Under the pieces are notes generated by a model, which saw nothing but the letters and a program-made list of their open reading frames with translations, did no database searches and was not told the DNA's origin. This document shows, piece by piece, positions 38,681 through 47,819 of a DNA stretch of 64,000 nucleotides (its first letter is position 1; the number at the start of each line of letters is the position of its first letter). Origin of the DNA: an archaeon (GTDB taxonomy: Archaea > Asgardarchaeota > Thorarchaeia > Thorarchaeales > Thorarchaeaceae); assembly GCA_024275415.1 (NCBI GenBank), contig JAJRZD010000114.1, forward strand, positions 724 to 64,723, read 5' to 3'. The position numbers and the translations under genes are program-made.

Positions 38681-39361
38681 CTACCAGTTGAGTTTGATTC
38701 TCCATTGGCTCCGATCCGTGCCTTGCATACTTGGGACGTATTCGATGGGGTTGTATGGCATATCAATTCCAGTGGATTTCTTTATCATTAGGTAGTGTTT
38801 TCCCCGTGCAGTGGTCAAAGTGATGATTCCTTGTGCCAGGGAGAACAGCTGATTCATTGTGACAGAATCAGCAGTGTCAGAATGGATGAGATAGAACTCT
38901 ATTGAACCCGTCTTGATGCTTTCCTCCACGCTTTCCTTGAAGAACTGCACAACATCCCGTGGAGTGAAATCGATGAGGAGAGGCGTCAGAGCCTCAAATG
39001 TGACAACATTGGGAGAGAGCATGTTCCTTAGGCTTCGCATCATGATATTGATCTCGTGGAGATGAGGCGAACAAGTATGGTTGCCAAGTGTTTTTTGTCC
39101 GTAATTGACTTCAAGGATATGGAACGAATCGCTCTGCAGTCTGGTCATGTGTTCCATGAGCTGTCGGTTTCTTGCCTCAGTCACGACATTCAAGGTCTTC
39201 ATCCCGTTCTCCAATGCGCTGTGGATTAGGGTAGACATGAACAGGTCATAATGGCTTTCTTGTGACGCCATAACTAGATAGACATAGCCATTAGGAGGTT
39301 TGACCAGTAGACGGTCAACTATGGAAGGGGCCATCTCATTATTCAGGGATACTCCCGTCAT
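38681..39361 (-). CDS. degenerate KaiC/RecA-like domain protein lacking a Walker A motif
   Basis: The 226 aa product has RecA-fold-like strand/helix periodicity (YVYLVMAS, GIITLTTARGKHYLMIKKSTG) but no GxxxxGKS/T motif. It sits in an operon with the receiver and KaiC-like genes. Confidence 0.35.
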   Translation of the reverse strand: MTGVSLNNEMAPSIVDRLLVKPPNGYVYLVMASQESHYDLFMSTLIHSALENGMKTLNVVTEARNRQLMEHMTRLQSDSFHILEVNYGQKTLGNHTCSPHLHEINIMMRSLRNMLSPNVVTFEALTPLLIDFTPRDVVQFFKESVEESIKTGSIEFYLIHSDTADSVTMNQLFSLAQGIITLTTARGKHYLMIKKSTGIDMPYNPIEYVPSMQGTDRSQWRIKLNW

Positions 39362-39375
39362 CTAGTGATTACCTC

Positions 39376-39765
39376 TTACTCCTCAAGTCCAAGATGTTTT
39401 CTTATAGTCGCAACCAATGCCTTTCCTGAAAAAGGCTTAACAATATATTCGTCTGCACCGGCTTCCTTTCCTTCCTTGATGTCCTTTGTAAGCCCTTTCG
39501 CTGTGAACATGATGATGGGGATTGTCTTGAACTCATCCCTAGCCTTCAGACGCCGGCATACTTCAAACCCATCGATCTTTGGCAGCATCACATCCAGCAA
39601 TATCAAGTCCGGCTTATTTTCAATGGCAATGTCAAACGCTGCTTCACCGTCATATGCACAGATGACTTGAAACCCATGCTTCTCCAGGAACCTCTTTGCC
39701 AGTTCGGTCGTTATTTCCTCGTCATCAACGACTAGTATCTTTTTCACATCAGTTTCCTCACACAA
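39376..39765 (-). CDS. response regulator receiver (CheY-like, REC only)
   Basis: It has the acidic pocket in VVDDEE, the phospho-acceptor D in LLDVMLP and a conserved K in TAKG. The product is 129 aa. Confidence 0.8.
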   Translation of the reverse strand: MCEETDVKKILVVDDEEITTELAKRFLEKHGFQVICAYDGEAAFDIAIENKPDLILLDVMLPKIDGFEVCRRLKARDEFKTIPIIMFTAKGLTKDIKEGKEAGADEYIVKPFSGKALVATIRKHLGLEE

Positions 39766-41143
39766 TTGGCATCAATTCGTAGTCCAAGAACCCTCCTGAG
39801 AGCAGTTGCCGGATAGCAAGATAGTTCGTTCTAGGCGAAACCCCACAGATGCTTAACACTCCACATATCTCCTGTACTCGCAAGTGAATGTTATGCGAGA
39901 TTGACTCACTGCGAATCCCCTGCTCCCGACTGAGGATTGCGATGGTCGTACGGTTGGTCGATGAAAGCGCAGTAGACATCTCAGCCAGCAGCCCTCTGAC
40001 AACATTAGCTCCGTACATGTTCTCAAGCGTGTCCAGTGCAAAGAGCTCCGTGACTTCCTGATTGAACTTCCGTTCGAGCACATCTACCTCATACCTGATC
40101 TCTTGCAATGTCTTTAACGGATCCAAGTCCAGGTTCCTCGAGTTCGGATATGTCCCAATAGATTGCCTTCCGAAGAAGACCACTCGTTCGTCCACATGGC
40201 TCCTATCGATGAACTGTGTCAGGCTCTTGCTGAACGTTTCAGGAGACCAGCCTTCGGGAAGTAGAATCACTGCTGAGCGCCCCTGCTGTAAATGGTTCGA
40301 TAGAAATGGGATATAAATGGTTTCCAGATAGGGAACTGATAAGTCATCCACCTCGATTAGCGTGACCTTGCCCTTTGGGAACCCACCAGACAAGAGTTTG
40401 TCCAAGCTTTCATTCCCGGTGGAGATGTACGCACTGGAGGGGTCTGGTATTGGTTCTCGCTCAACAGTGATTGCGGGGTATTCATGCTGGTACCATGGTA
40501 GGTATGTGAAACGCCCTTCGTGCAACGTGAACAGGTACGAGTCCTGATTGACAGGGTGCGCGCGCATCTTGTCGATGATTGCCTGTCGATACATCCGCTG
40601 CCCATCACGGATCTTTTCTAGCTGGATGATCCCATCCGCAGAGTGTAATAATGAGAGTTCGTGCTCACCTTTCATTCCCTTTTCAACAATCAGAATCAGC
40701 TTCTTCATTTCTCGCCGTGCAGCATGGATCAGGGCTTGCTGAATGGAATACATCTTAGATGGCTCTAGCATATGCATGAAATCAGACCATGAGTCAATGA
40801 TGACGATCTCAGACTGGGGAATATCCTGTGATGAGTTCACCAATACACTGAGAGCTTCATGCAGGGAATCGATATCAGTTGGAATCTGTTCCATCCGTTG
40901 TCCATAATGCATCCGAAAACGCCGTTCACTCCAGTTAGGAACATCCTTTGATAGGCAAAAGTCCACGGCACTGATGTTCTCCGCACTCGTGATTATGATC
41001 TGCGAGTCAGGATAGTTTCTTATGAGCTCATGTGCAAACAAGGACTTTCCCGTGCCCGGTAGACCACGTACAACTAGGACATAGCCGTGTTCTTCTGATA
41101 GTACCTCTTTGATGCTAGGAGGCAATCCACCAGTTGTACTCAT
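39758..41143 (-). CDS. KaiC-like RecA-superfamily ATPase
   Basis: It has Walker A GLPGTGKS and Walker B-like VIIDSWSDF. The 461 aa product has a second, degenerate RecA-like half. Confidence 0.65.
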   Translation of the reverse strand: MSTTGGLPPSIKEVLSEEHGYVLVVRGLPGTGKSLFAHELIRNYPDSQIIITSAENISAVDFCLSKDVPNWSERRFRMHYGQRMEQIPTDIDSLHEALSVLVNSSQDIPQSEIVIIDSWSDFMHMLEPSKMYSIQQALIHAARREMKKLILIVEKGMKGEHELSLLHSADGIIQLEKIRDGQRMYRQAIIDKMRAHPVNQDSYLFTLHEGRFTYLPWYQHEYPAITVEREPIPDPSSAYISTGNESLDKLLSGGFPKGKVTLIEVDDLSVPYLETIYIPFLSNHLQQGRSAVILLPEGWSPETFSKSLTQFIDRSHVDERVVFFGRQSIGTYPNSRNLDLDPLKTLQEIRYEVDVLERKFNQEVTELFALDTLENMYGANVVRGLLAEMSTALSSTNRTTIAILSREQGIRSESISHNIHLRVQEICGVLSICGVSPRTNYLAIRQLLSGGFLDYELMPIV

Positions 41144-41235
41144 GCAATGATCCCCTGTCAGAATCCCTTTTTTCTTTACGACTTATATACATAAGTGGGG
41201 TCTTGATTCTGTGTAATCGTATCGAATGAGCAGCT

Positions 41236-42837
41236 CTATTTAGAGATTCTTTGTAGAAACTCAATAAAATACGGGCACAATGAGCCTTTCCAGAATAGAT
41301 TGCCCATACATCCCGTACGTGAAATATCTCTTACAACACGACATTCGAAATTCCTTTCACAGTTAAAGAATATGCACTGATCACTCGTAACGGACTCGTC
41401 TTGAAGTATCCTTGCTCGTAGAGATTGCATCGGTTTGCTATCTGAACTGTTGACCCACAAGTCTGGGCTACCAAGCTGCTCACGCACCAACTCTATCTCG
41501 CTATCTTCGACTGGTTCTGCAATTGCCAGCTTAGTAACAATCAAGCTGACACGAGTATTGAAGGCATCAATGTAGTCGTTTGCATCCTCGGCATACTTCA
41601 ACGCTTCAGCGTGATTTAGGAGAGATTCCTCGTATCTCTCTTGCATGAAATAGGTGTCTGCAATTTGGGATGTCACAATGGCCCTGGCATCTTTCATCCC
41701 AGAACAGGTAAGTATTCTTTTGCATTCATGGTAGTACTGCAAGGCCTTTTCAAAATCCCCTCGTTGGAATGCCACATCGCCTAAATTGACCGTTGCAAAG
41801 GCGATTCCACGCATGTACTCGGCTTCTTGGCTGATCTCCAGCGCTCGACGATTGTAGGATTCCATCTGATCGAACTGACCGAGACCTCTGTCAATCTCAC
41901 CTACATTAATCAACGTCCGAGCGAGACCTATCTCATTGTTGAGTTGCTGTTGTATCAGGAGGATGTCCTCAAAATGGTCGCGCGCCTCTTGATGGAACCC
42001 ACATTCCAACAGGAGTACTCCGAGAAGATTCTTGGCATCTGCAAGTCCTTCAAGATATCCCATTCGCTCATAGCGTCGAATTGCTTCCCGAGCTATATCC
42101 ATCGCCCGCTCGTATTCTTTTGACTTGTGAAGTACCATCGCCCGGAGATAGAAGACATCAGTCTGGGCAAGTCTATGGTCTAGCACTCTTGCAGTTTCCT
42201 CTGCGGAGTCAAGTCGTACCAATGCTTCTTCATGGGCTCTCCGTTGGATGTCGACATATGCCATCTGGATCCTAGCCCGCAGAAGAGCTGCCTGCACCTT
42301 GGAACGAATTTCAACGGTCTTTGCAGTTTCTTTTGTAACTTTCTCTATCCCTTCGGATGCCGTTTCCTTTGCCTTGTCTGTGTATCCGAGATAGGCGAGG
42401 ATATATGCAAGCTGACCAGAGAGCTCCGCAAATCCGATATAATCCTTTGACTGCCATGCCTGATTTACGTATGTCCTGAGGTTGTTCACCCAACGTGGGT
42501 CTAGGCGTTGCCTGCAATACGCAGCTGCTGCATAACCCCTGCACATGATATTATCAGTACCCTTTGCAAGAACCTGATTGTATCCATACATCCCCCTCAA
42601 ATATGCCGCTTTCGCACACATCGATAGGAACCCTTCACTCAGGTTATACCATTCTCCAGCACCTATATACTCCAGAAGGACATCAGTGAAAATCATGAAT
42701 CTGTCCTTTCCAATCCTGTTGCTCACTGAAAGATGCCGGACTATCTCATCTTGTTCAGATTCTGTAATCCGGTCCTCATACATCGCGAACTCCGGGATTA
42801 TGGGATTGTCCGTCAATTTTCCTCTACTCTCAAGCAT
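41236..42837 (-). CDS. tetratricopeptide (TPR) repeat protein
   Basis: It has multiple 34-residue TPR units (e.g. GIAFATVNLGDVAFQRGDFEKALQYYHECKRIL). The ORF is open up to 43098. I place the start at the internal Met near 42837 to avoid overlap with the divergent KaiC-like gene. Confidence 0.6.
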   Translation of the reverse strand: MLESRGKLTDNPIIPEFAMYEDRITESEQDEIVRHLSVSNRIGKDRFMIFTDVLLEYIGAGEWYNLSEGFLSMCAKAAYLRGMYGYNQVLAKGTDNIMCRGYAAAAYCRQRLDPRWVNNLRTYVNQAWQSKDYIGFAELSGQLAYILAYLGYTDKAKETASEGIEKVTKETAKTVEIRSKVQAALLRARIQMAYVDIQRRAHEEALVRLDSAEETARVLDHRLAQTDVFYLRAMVLHKSKEYERAMDIAREAIRRYERMGYLEGLADAKNLLGVLLLECGFHQEARDHFEDILLIQQQLNNEIGLARTLINVGEIDRGLGQFDQMESYNRRALEISQEAEYMRGIAFATVNLGDVAFQRGDFEKALQYYHECKRILTCSGMKDARAIVTSQIADTYFMQERYEESLLNHAEALKYAEDANDYIDAFNTRVSLIVTKLAIAEPVEDSEIELVREQLGSPDLWVNSSDSKPMQSLRARILQDESVTSDQCIFFNCERNFECRVVRDISRTGCMGNLFWKGSLCPYFIEFLQRISK

Positions 42838-42969
42838 TTCTGGAAAGAACCCAGATTCAAACCCGTACACAGGAATCAAAAGCGTTCTAGTGATTCCTTT
42901 CGCATGAACATAGGCAAGCAAATAAGTAATATATTTGAAGCTATGATGAATTAGGACTGAGAGGATGCA

Positions 42970-43725
42970 ATGGCGAAAGAGAGAATCAGCAGCGGAATTC
43001 AGGGGCTGGATCAGATACTTAATGGCGGCTACATCAAAGGACGCTCCATGCTCATTGCAGGGGGTCCTGGAACCGGCAAGAGCATCATCGCATGGCATTT
43101 CATCTTCGACGCGATAGATAATGGAGAAAGTGCAATCCTTCTCTCACTCGATGAGCCATCAGACCTTATCATAGACGACATGAAATCCTTCGGTTGGGAT
43201 CCAGAGAAGGCCATATCGGATGGCAGGCTTACAATCCTTAGCGGCACGCTCAAGCTGGTGCCTTCAGGTTCGGGATACTAGTATCTGATATCTTTCGAAC
43301 ATCCCCTATTCAGAGAGAAACCATTCACCATACCCCGACTGGCTGAACTGGTCAAGCAAAAGGCTGCTGAAACCAAGGCATCTCGGATTGTCGTCGATGG
43401 ACTAGCACCCTTACTAGAGTTTGCAGGGAGCCGGTTTGAGATACGGCAAACAGTCTATACCTTCATGAGAGAGTTGATATCCCATGATTCCACAGTCCTT
43501 CTCACCCACGAGCTGAGGACCCTCAGTGGATCTCAGAACGACGAGATGCCCTACTTCATCTCTGATGGCGTCATAAAGCTGGACACTCTGTATGCAACCG
43601 GCGATTACATTCGGACACTACGTATTGTAAAGCTGCGTGGGACTAACCATTCGATGAAGCCTGCCATGTTCAGGATACAGGATGATGGCGTCGCTGTCTT
43701 CCCTGAAGCTAGAATACCTGAATGA
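42970..43725 (+). pseudogene. KaiC-like RecA-superfamily ATPase interrupted by an in-frame TAG (43279-43281)
   Basis: The two ORF-track pieces (42970..43281 and 43465..43725) are in the same frame. Translation across the TAG is continuous and KaiC-like: Walker A GGPGTGKS, Walker B-like RIVVDGLAPLL, and KLRGTNHS. Confidence 0.6.
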
Positions 43726-43726
43726 A

Positions 43727-44095
43727 TCATAGGACAGGCTGCACTTTTCTCATCAGGTCGATCAGGTCAAACATTGAGAAAGGCTTGAGTAAGAACCCTC
43801 TGGCTCCCGCGAAGAAGACCTGGTCGCTGGAATCGTCCACAAATTCCGCCATGGCAATAATCGAGATGTGTGCATCGATGTCAAGAATCTTCTCAATCGT
43901 TCGCATTTGCTCGGACTCTGATATCGAGAGATCAAGTAGCACAATTCCGACCTTATGACTGCTGCAATAGGCTAAGAGGTCTTCCTCAGTGTCCGGCTCT
44001 CCAACCACCGTGTACCCTGCCTCTTCTACAGCCATCCGAACCAACGACCTCAGAAGTGGAACATCACCAGCTATTACAACATTCAAAGGATTCAC
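43727..44095 (-). CDS. response regulator receiver (CheY-like)
   Basis: It has a REC fold, with the phospho-acceptor D in VLLDLSI and a K in LLKPFS. The product is 122 aa. Confidence 0.7.
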   Translation of the reverse strand: MNPLNVVIAGDVPLLRSLVRMAVEEAGYTVVGEPDTEEDLLAYCSSHKVGIVLLDLSISESEQMRTIEKILDIDAHISIIAMAEFVDDSSDQVFFAGARGFLLKPFSMFDLIDLMRKVQPVL

Positions 44096-44140
44096 CTTTC
44101 AAGTGCCTGAATAGTACCACATCTGTAACACATTAATGGT

Positions 44141-44503
44141 TTACTCTGACACAGCGGTTTCAATCAGATCCAGCATATGCCGAATCGTGACAGGTTTGAG
44201 ACCAAAACTAACCGCACCACCCTTCATTGCCTCTTCTCTGACGTTCGCATCTGCACTGATGAACACAATCTTCGCGTTCGGCTCGATCTCTAAAAGTTCC
44301 TTCATAGCCTCCAGCCCATCCTTGTTAGGCATGCGATGGTCGAGGATGAGAACGTCTGGCTTTGGCTCCATCTCTCGATATTTCTGCACGGCTTCCTCTC
44401 CATCAAAGGCATCTGCGACCACTTCATGCCCCTTGATCGCAAATACGTCCTTGTAAAGCCTGTGAAGAATCGGTTCGTCATCGATTATGAATATGGATAC
44501 CAT
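44141..44503 (-). CDS. response regulator receiver (CheY-like)
   Basis: It has IIDDE, LILDHRMP and a K in GLKP. The product is 120 aa. Confidence 0.75.
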   Translation of the reverse strand: MVSIFIIDDEPILHRLYKDVFAIKGHEVVADAFDGEEAVQKYREMEPKPDVLILDHRMPNKDGLEAMKELLEIEPNAKIVFISADANVREEAMKGGAVSFGLKPVTIRHMLDLIETAVSE

Positions 44504-44559
44504 AGGGGTGTTCCTGCCTGTTGGATGAATGCATCTAACATATCTCTCAGCTAGACGCC

Positions 44560-45460
44560 CTGTGGGTTCATATCATCGAGATAGTTAAAGCTTGGCGTTA
44601 CATCATCCATATCCTTCTCTGATGTGATATAAAAATGAACTTGTGATTTCATAGCCAATTGTCATTCTCTACACTCAATTCCTTTCTAAAAATACCAGTT
44701 TCTATCCCTCAGACTGGATCCATGCCCTAGTGAGGTTTCCCTCAATTGCCGTCCAATCCACTAAATGTTATTAACTATATTTAATACGCAGTCACACTGT
44801 AAGATATTATTATCATTTGATTTTTTAATACAAATGCCTCATAATACCTTTGAATATGTTATATCTAAAGGAATAGATGTATAGAGATATATTTGTTAAA
44901 ATATTGATGATGGAAATAATATCAGATGAAGTTCGAATCTAATCATGAAGAGATCAATGATGTACAAAAGCCCTCTCTATTTCTATATTCACATTCTGAA
45001 TACAGTTAGGTAGCAAACAGGCAGGTACATCGAAAAATCATACTCATTTACCGTGTATTGGCACTATTTACCGAGGTTAACCCCCATTATTTTGTCCCGA
45101 AAACAGGACATAGATTATATGACACAAAAAGTGAGTATGTGGGTCTTTTGTGGACTAGTCCTGCATAGTGATCTTGCAGAACGAACTCCGTAATGGAATA
45201 CACAACCCTCCATTAAGCATTTAATTGAAATAATCAACGATGTATATTTACGATTATATATATTTCCTATAATGGTATAAGTTTGTACCAGTATATCTCA
45301 AAACCAAAACATGAAACATCTATCTAAAAGTATAGATGATTAATGAATTGAGTGTTCCACAGACGATTTATCTAACTGTCATTTCAGCAAACAACCATTA
45401 TAGAAAAATATTTTCTCTGCGGAATTCACACTCTATTGACATTCGGTAAACATGGGAGGT
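44560..45460. other. ORF-free AT-rich intergenic region (~0.9 kb)
   Basis: No ORF of at least 60 aa lies in this region on any frame. Its A+T content is visibly higher than the flanking coding DNA. Confidence 0.5.
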
Positions 45461-45463
45461 ATG

Positions 45464-45886
45464 TCAAAAATCAAGGATATCTATGCCAGATCCGTTCAAT
45501 GCAGTGCCCAGTTCCGTAATGAACTTCTTGGACTCATTCAGATGGTCAAAAACCACGTTTTTGATTGTTATAAAATCGACCTCGCCATACCTATAGAGTA
45601 TCATATTCCTCAATCTTGTTGCTTGTTTCATATTCATAGCTGTTTCAGAGGTGATCAAAGACCTTTGTGCTAAGATCTTGAATGCATTAGAGCAAGTATC
45701 CGGAGTTTCCCCTCCAAGTCTTCCTAGCACCTTTAGGGTCAAGTCGATTGTGCCTTGAATAGATGAATACAAATTCCATAGTACAAAGGATTGAAGTCTA
45801 GAATCCTGGCTTAATGAAGCAACATCAATGTCCCTTACTTCTTCCAGTCGGTCTAGTGATTGGGTGATTAGATTGATCAATGCCAA
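45464..45886 (-). CDS. HepT-like (DUF86) toxin of a HepT/MntA toxin-antitoxin pair, variant active-site motif
   Basis: The 140 aa product lies downstream of, and overlaps, a minimal nucleotidyltransferase gene. Its RNMILYRY matches the Rx4HxY motif except for a H-to-Y change. Confidence 0.5.
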   Translation of the reverse strand: MALINLITQSLDRLEEVRDIDVASLSQDSRLQSFVLWNLYSSIQGTIDLTLKVLGRLGGETPDTCSNAFKILAQRSLITSETAMNMKQATRLRNMILYRYGEVDFITIKNVVFDHLNESKKFITELGTALNGSGIDILDF

Positions 45887-46385
45887 GACGTTTCCTCACA
45901 GCTTGTTTGTATATCTCAAATGAGTCTTTAAAGTCAAGCCCTTCAATCAAAGCATTCGTGTAGAATTCAGTATGTACCTTATTGCTTCTAGTGAATAGCA
46001 GAATGCCTTCAGAAACCACCTTCAACTTAAGAAGTGGAGGGGCATGATTGAGAATAACAAGATCCACATTGTCGCCAACAACATCTGAGGTGGAATTCAA
46101 GATATCGATGAATTTCCCTGAAGTGTATTCATCTAAGAATACCGCAACATCAACATCACTGAATGGATGTGTCTGGTTTCTTGCTACAGATCCGAATAGA
46201 TATGCGAATACTACATGCTCGTTCTTTTTCAGCTCTGCACGCAATGTTACAGCAATGTCGACCATTGTCACACATCTATCAGGAGATGATAGATTTGACA
46301 CAAATAAGTCCGAGCTATCGAAATCGACCATTGTACTCATGACAGTGGTCTGAGGTTCAAGGCCGACACATGAGACCATTGACAA
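45825..46385 (-). CDS. MntA-like minimal nucleotidyltransferase (antitoxin)
   Basis: It has the GSxxxxxxxxxDxD motif (YLFGSVARNQTHPFSDVDVAVFL). The ORF is long at 186 aa, so the true start is probably an internal Met. Confidence 0.6.
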   Translation of the reverse strand: MSMVSCVGLEPQTTVMSTMVDFDSSDLFVSNLSSPDRCVTMVDIAVTLRAELKKNEHVVFAYLFGSVARNQTHPFSDVDVAVFLDEYTSGKFIDILNSTSDVVGDNVDLVILNHAPPLLKLKVVSEGILLFTRSNKVHTEFYTNALIEGLDFKDSFEIYKQAVRKRLGIDQSNHPITRPTGRSKGH

Positions 46386-46566
46386 CTAGGGATACGGTTC
46401 GCAAAGGAAATGAGTGCGTTGACGGTGGTCTAAGTCTGATATATGGCGGTGAAAGACATAATGCCCGTATTACATCATCTAAAATATTTGTATGGTGTCG
46501 TCAGTGTGGGGAAATACTGCTAAACTGTTATTGATCCGAAAGGGATCCAAAACCTCACTACTGATG

Positions 46567-46775
46567 AAACGTGTACGATATGAACCCAACGTGTACTATT
46601 CACTATATCTCAGTGATAACGTGTACTGTCCACAATTAATCCTTCGTTTGAAGCGTTAATATTGCCGTCTAATAGGTATTCATCAAAACAGTACACGTAG
46701 GGTGGTCTAACAGGTAAACATGGATGTACTCTCACGGTAGGTGGATGTACTCGTGAGCCTCTGTAAACGTGTTGC
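46567..46775. repeat. cluster of ACGTGTAC(T) motif copies in the divergent promoter region
   Basis: AACGTGTAC occurs at 46568-46576, 46588-46596 and 46618-46626. An inverted copy GTACACGT lies at 46691-46698. GGATGTACTC occurs twice (46722-46731, 46743-46752). A partial copy lies at 46766-46772. Confidence 0.5.
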
Positions 46776-46986
46776 GATCCATATGATTTCCATTCTCCGA
46801 TATCGGTCCCGTGTGAGAAGTCGATAATACCCTCCTACAAGGTACCCCTCTGTTTCATGAAATGTGGTGGTAAGTTTCATCCATTTGCGAATGTTGGAAG
46901 ATAGGTCTCTTGGACTCGCCATGCTCAAAAGTCATAAGACCATCTTGATAAGGACGACATTCATCCACAAGAATTGAGGGAATCAG

Positions 46987-47772
46987 GTGAAGTCCACAAA
47001 GGAAGTCCTTCAAGCTGTCAAGACAGGCGAGATATCGATCGATGAAGCTGAGAAGGCGTTGCGAAAACTATCACTTGCAGAAATCGGTCGGATTGGCATG
47101 ATGGATCTGAACCGTGAGGAAAGAAGCGGGATCCCAGAGGTCGTCTACGCTGAATCAAAGACCGTTGAACACCTTATCCACATAACAAAGGAAGCGGTGG
47201 GGATCAAAGACGCAATACTTCTTTCGAGGGTGAGCGCTGACAAGATGAGGACATTGAAGGAAAACCTTACGGATATCACATTCGAGGCAGGTGGAGAGGG
47301 TGACCATCTGACGGTCATCGCACATAAGGAAGGCTGGTCGCCTCCCGAATCAAAGGGGAAGATTGCCGTCATCACGGCAGGCACATCAGATATCGCCTAT
47401 GCAGAAGAAACGGTGGCAATTGCCAAGTTCATGGGTGTGCAAGCACTCACATTCTATGATATCGGGGTTGCTGGTATCCATCGGATCATAGAGCCGCTGA
47501 ATACCATCATTGAAGAGAACGTAGACGCATTGGTCGTCTTTGCAGGAATGGAAGGTGCTCTCCCGACGGTCATTGCCTCGCTCGTCGATGTTCCAGTCAT
47601 TGGTGTCCCTGTGCCTGTGGGATATGGACACGGGGGCGGAGGAGAAACAGCTCTGGCATCGATGCTTCAGTCCTGTGCTCTTGGATTAGCGGTCGTGAAC
47701 ATCGGCAACGGGCTGGGTGCAGGGGCGATTGCTTGCCTGATTGCAAAGAATGCTGCCAGGAAACAAGAATGA
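46987..47772 (+). CDS. larB: LarB-like PurE-family carboxylase (nickel-pincer cofactor biosynthesis protein LarB)
   Basis: An N-terminal LDxxREERSGIPEVVY-type segment is followed by a PurE-like domain (AGMEGALPTV). The product is 261 aa. Confidence 0.6.
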   Translation: MKSTKEVLQAVKTGEISIDEAEKALRKLSLAEIGRIGMMDLNREERSGIPEVVYAESKTVEHLIHITKEAVGIKDAILLSRVSADKMRTLKENLTDITFEAGGEGDHLTVIAHKEGWSPPESKGKIAVITAGTSDIAYAEETVAIAKFMGVQALTFYDIGVAGIHRIIEPLNTIIEENVDALVVFAGMEGALPTVIASLVDVPVIGVPVPVGYGHGGGGETALASMLQSCALGLAVVNIGNGLGAGAIACLIAKNAARKQE

Positions 47773-47819
47773 TGCAGTGTGCCAATGTGGTTATTAGGGA
47801 CTGTCTATGAGATGGCATT

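Noticed and set aside
41236-43098. A full-length TPR ORF starting at 43098, which would overlap the divergent KaiC-like gene by ~130 nt
   Set aside because: A long divergent overlap is implausible. The first ~90 residues have no TPR character. An internal Met (about 42837 or 42783) is the more likely start.
43279-43281. Interpreting the in-frame TAG as a pyrrolysine codon, given the nearby corrinoid/methyltransferase genes
   Set aside because: TAG is used as an ordinary terminator by at least seven confidently called genes in this window (e.g. 12781-12783, 14399-14401, 14939-14941, 23828-23830, 34736-34738, 38677-38679). No pylTSBCD genes or Pyl-type methyltransferases are present. Pseudogenisation or a sequencing error is more parsimonious.
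44929-44940. tRNA T-arm-like AGTTCGAATCT
   Set aside because: The surrounding sequence is AT-rich and lacks acceptor and anticodon stems. This is not a tRNA.
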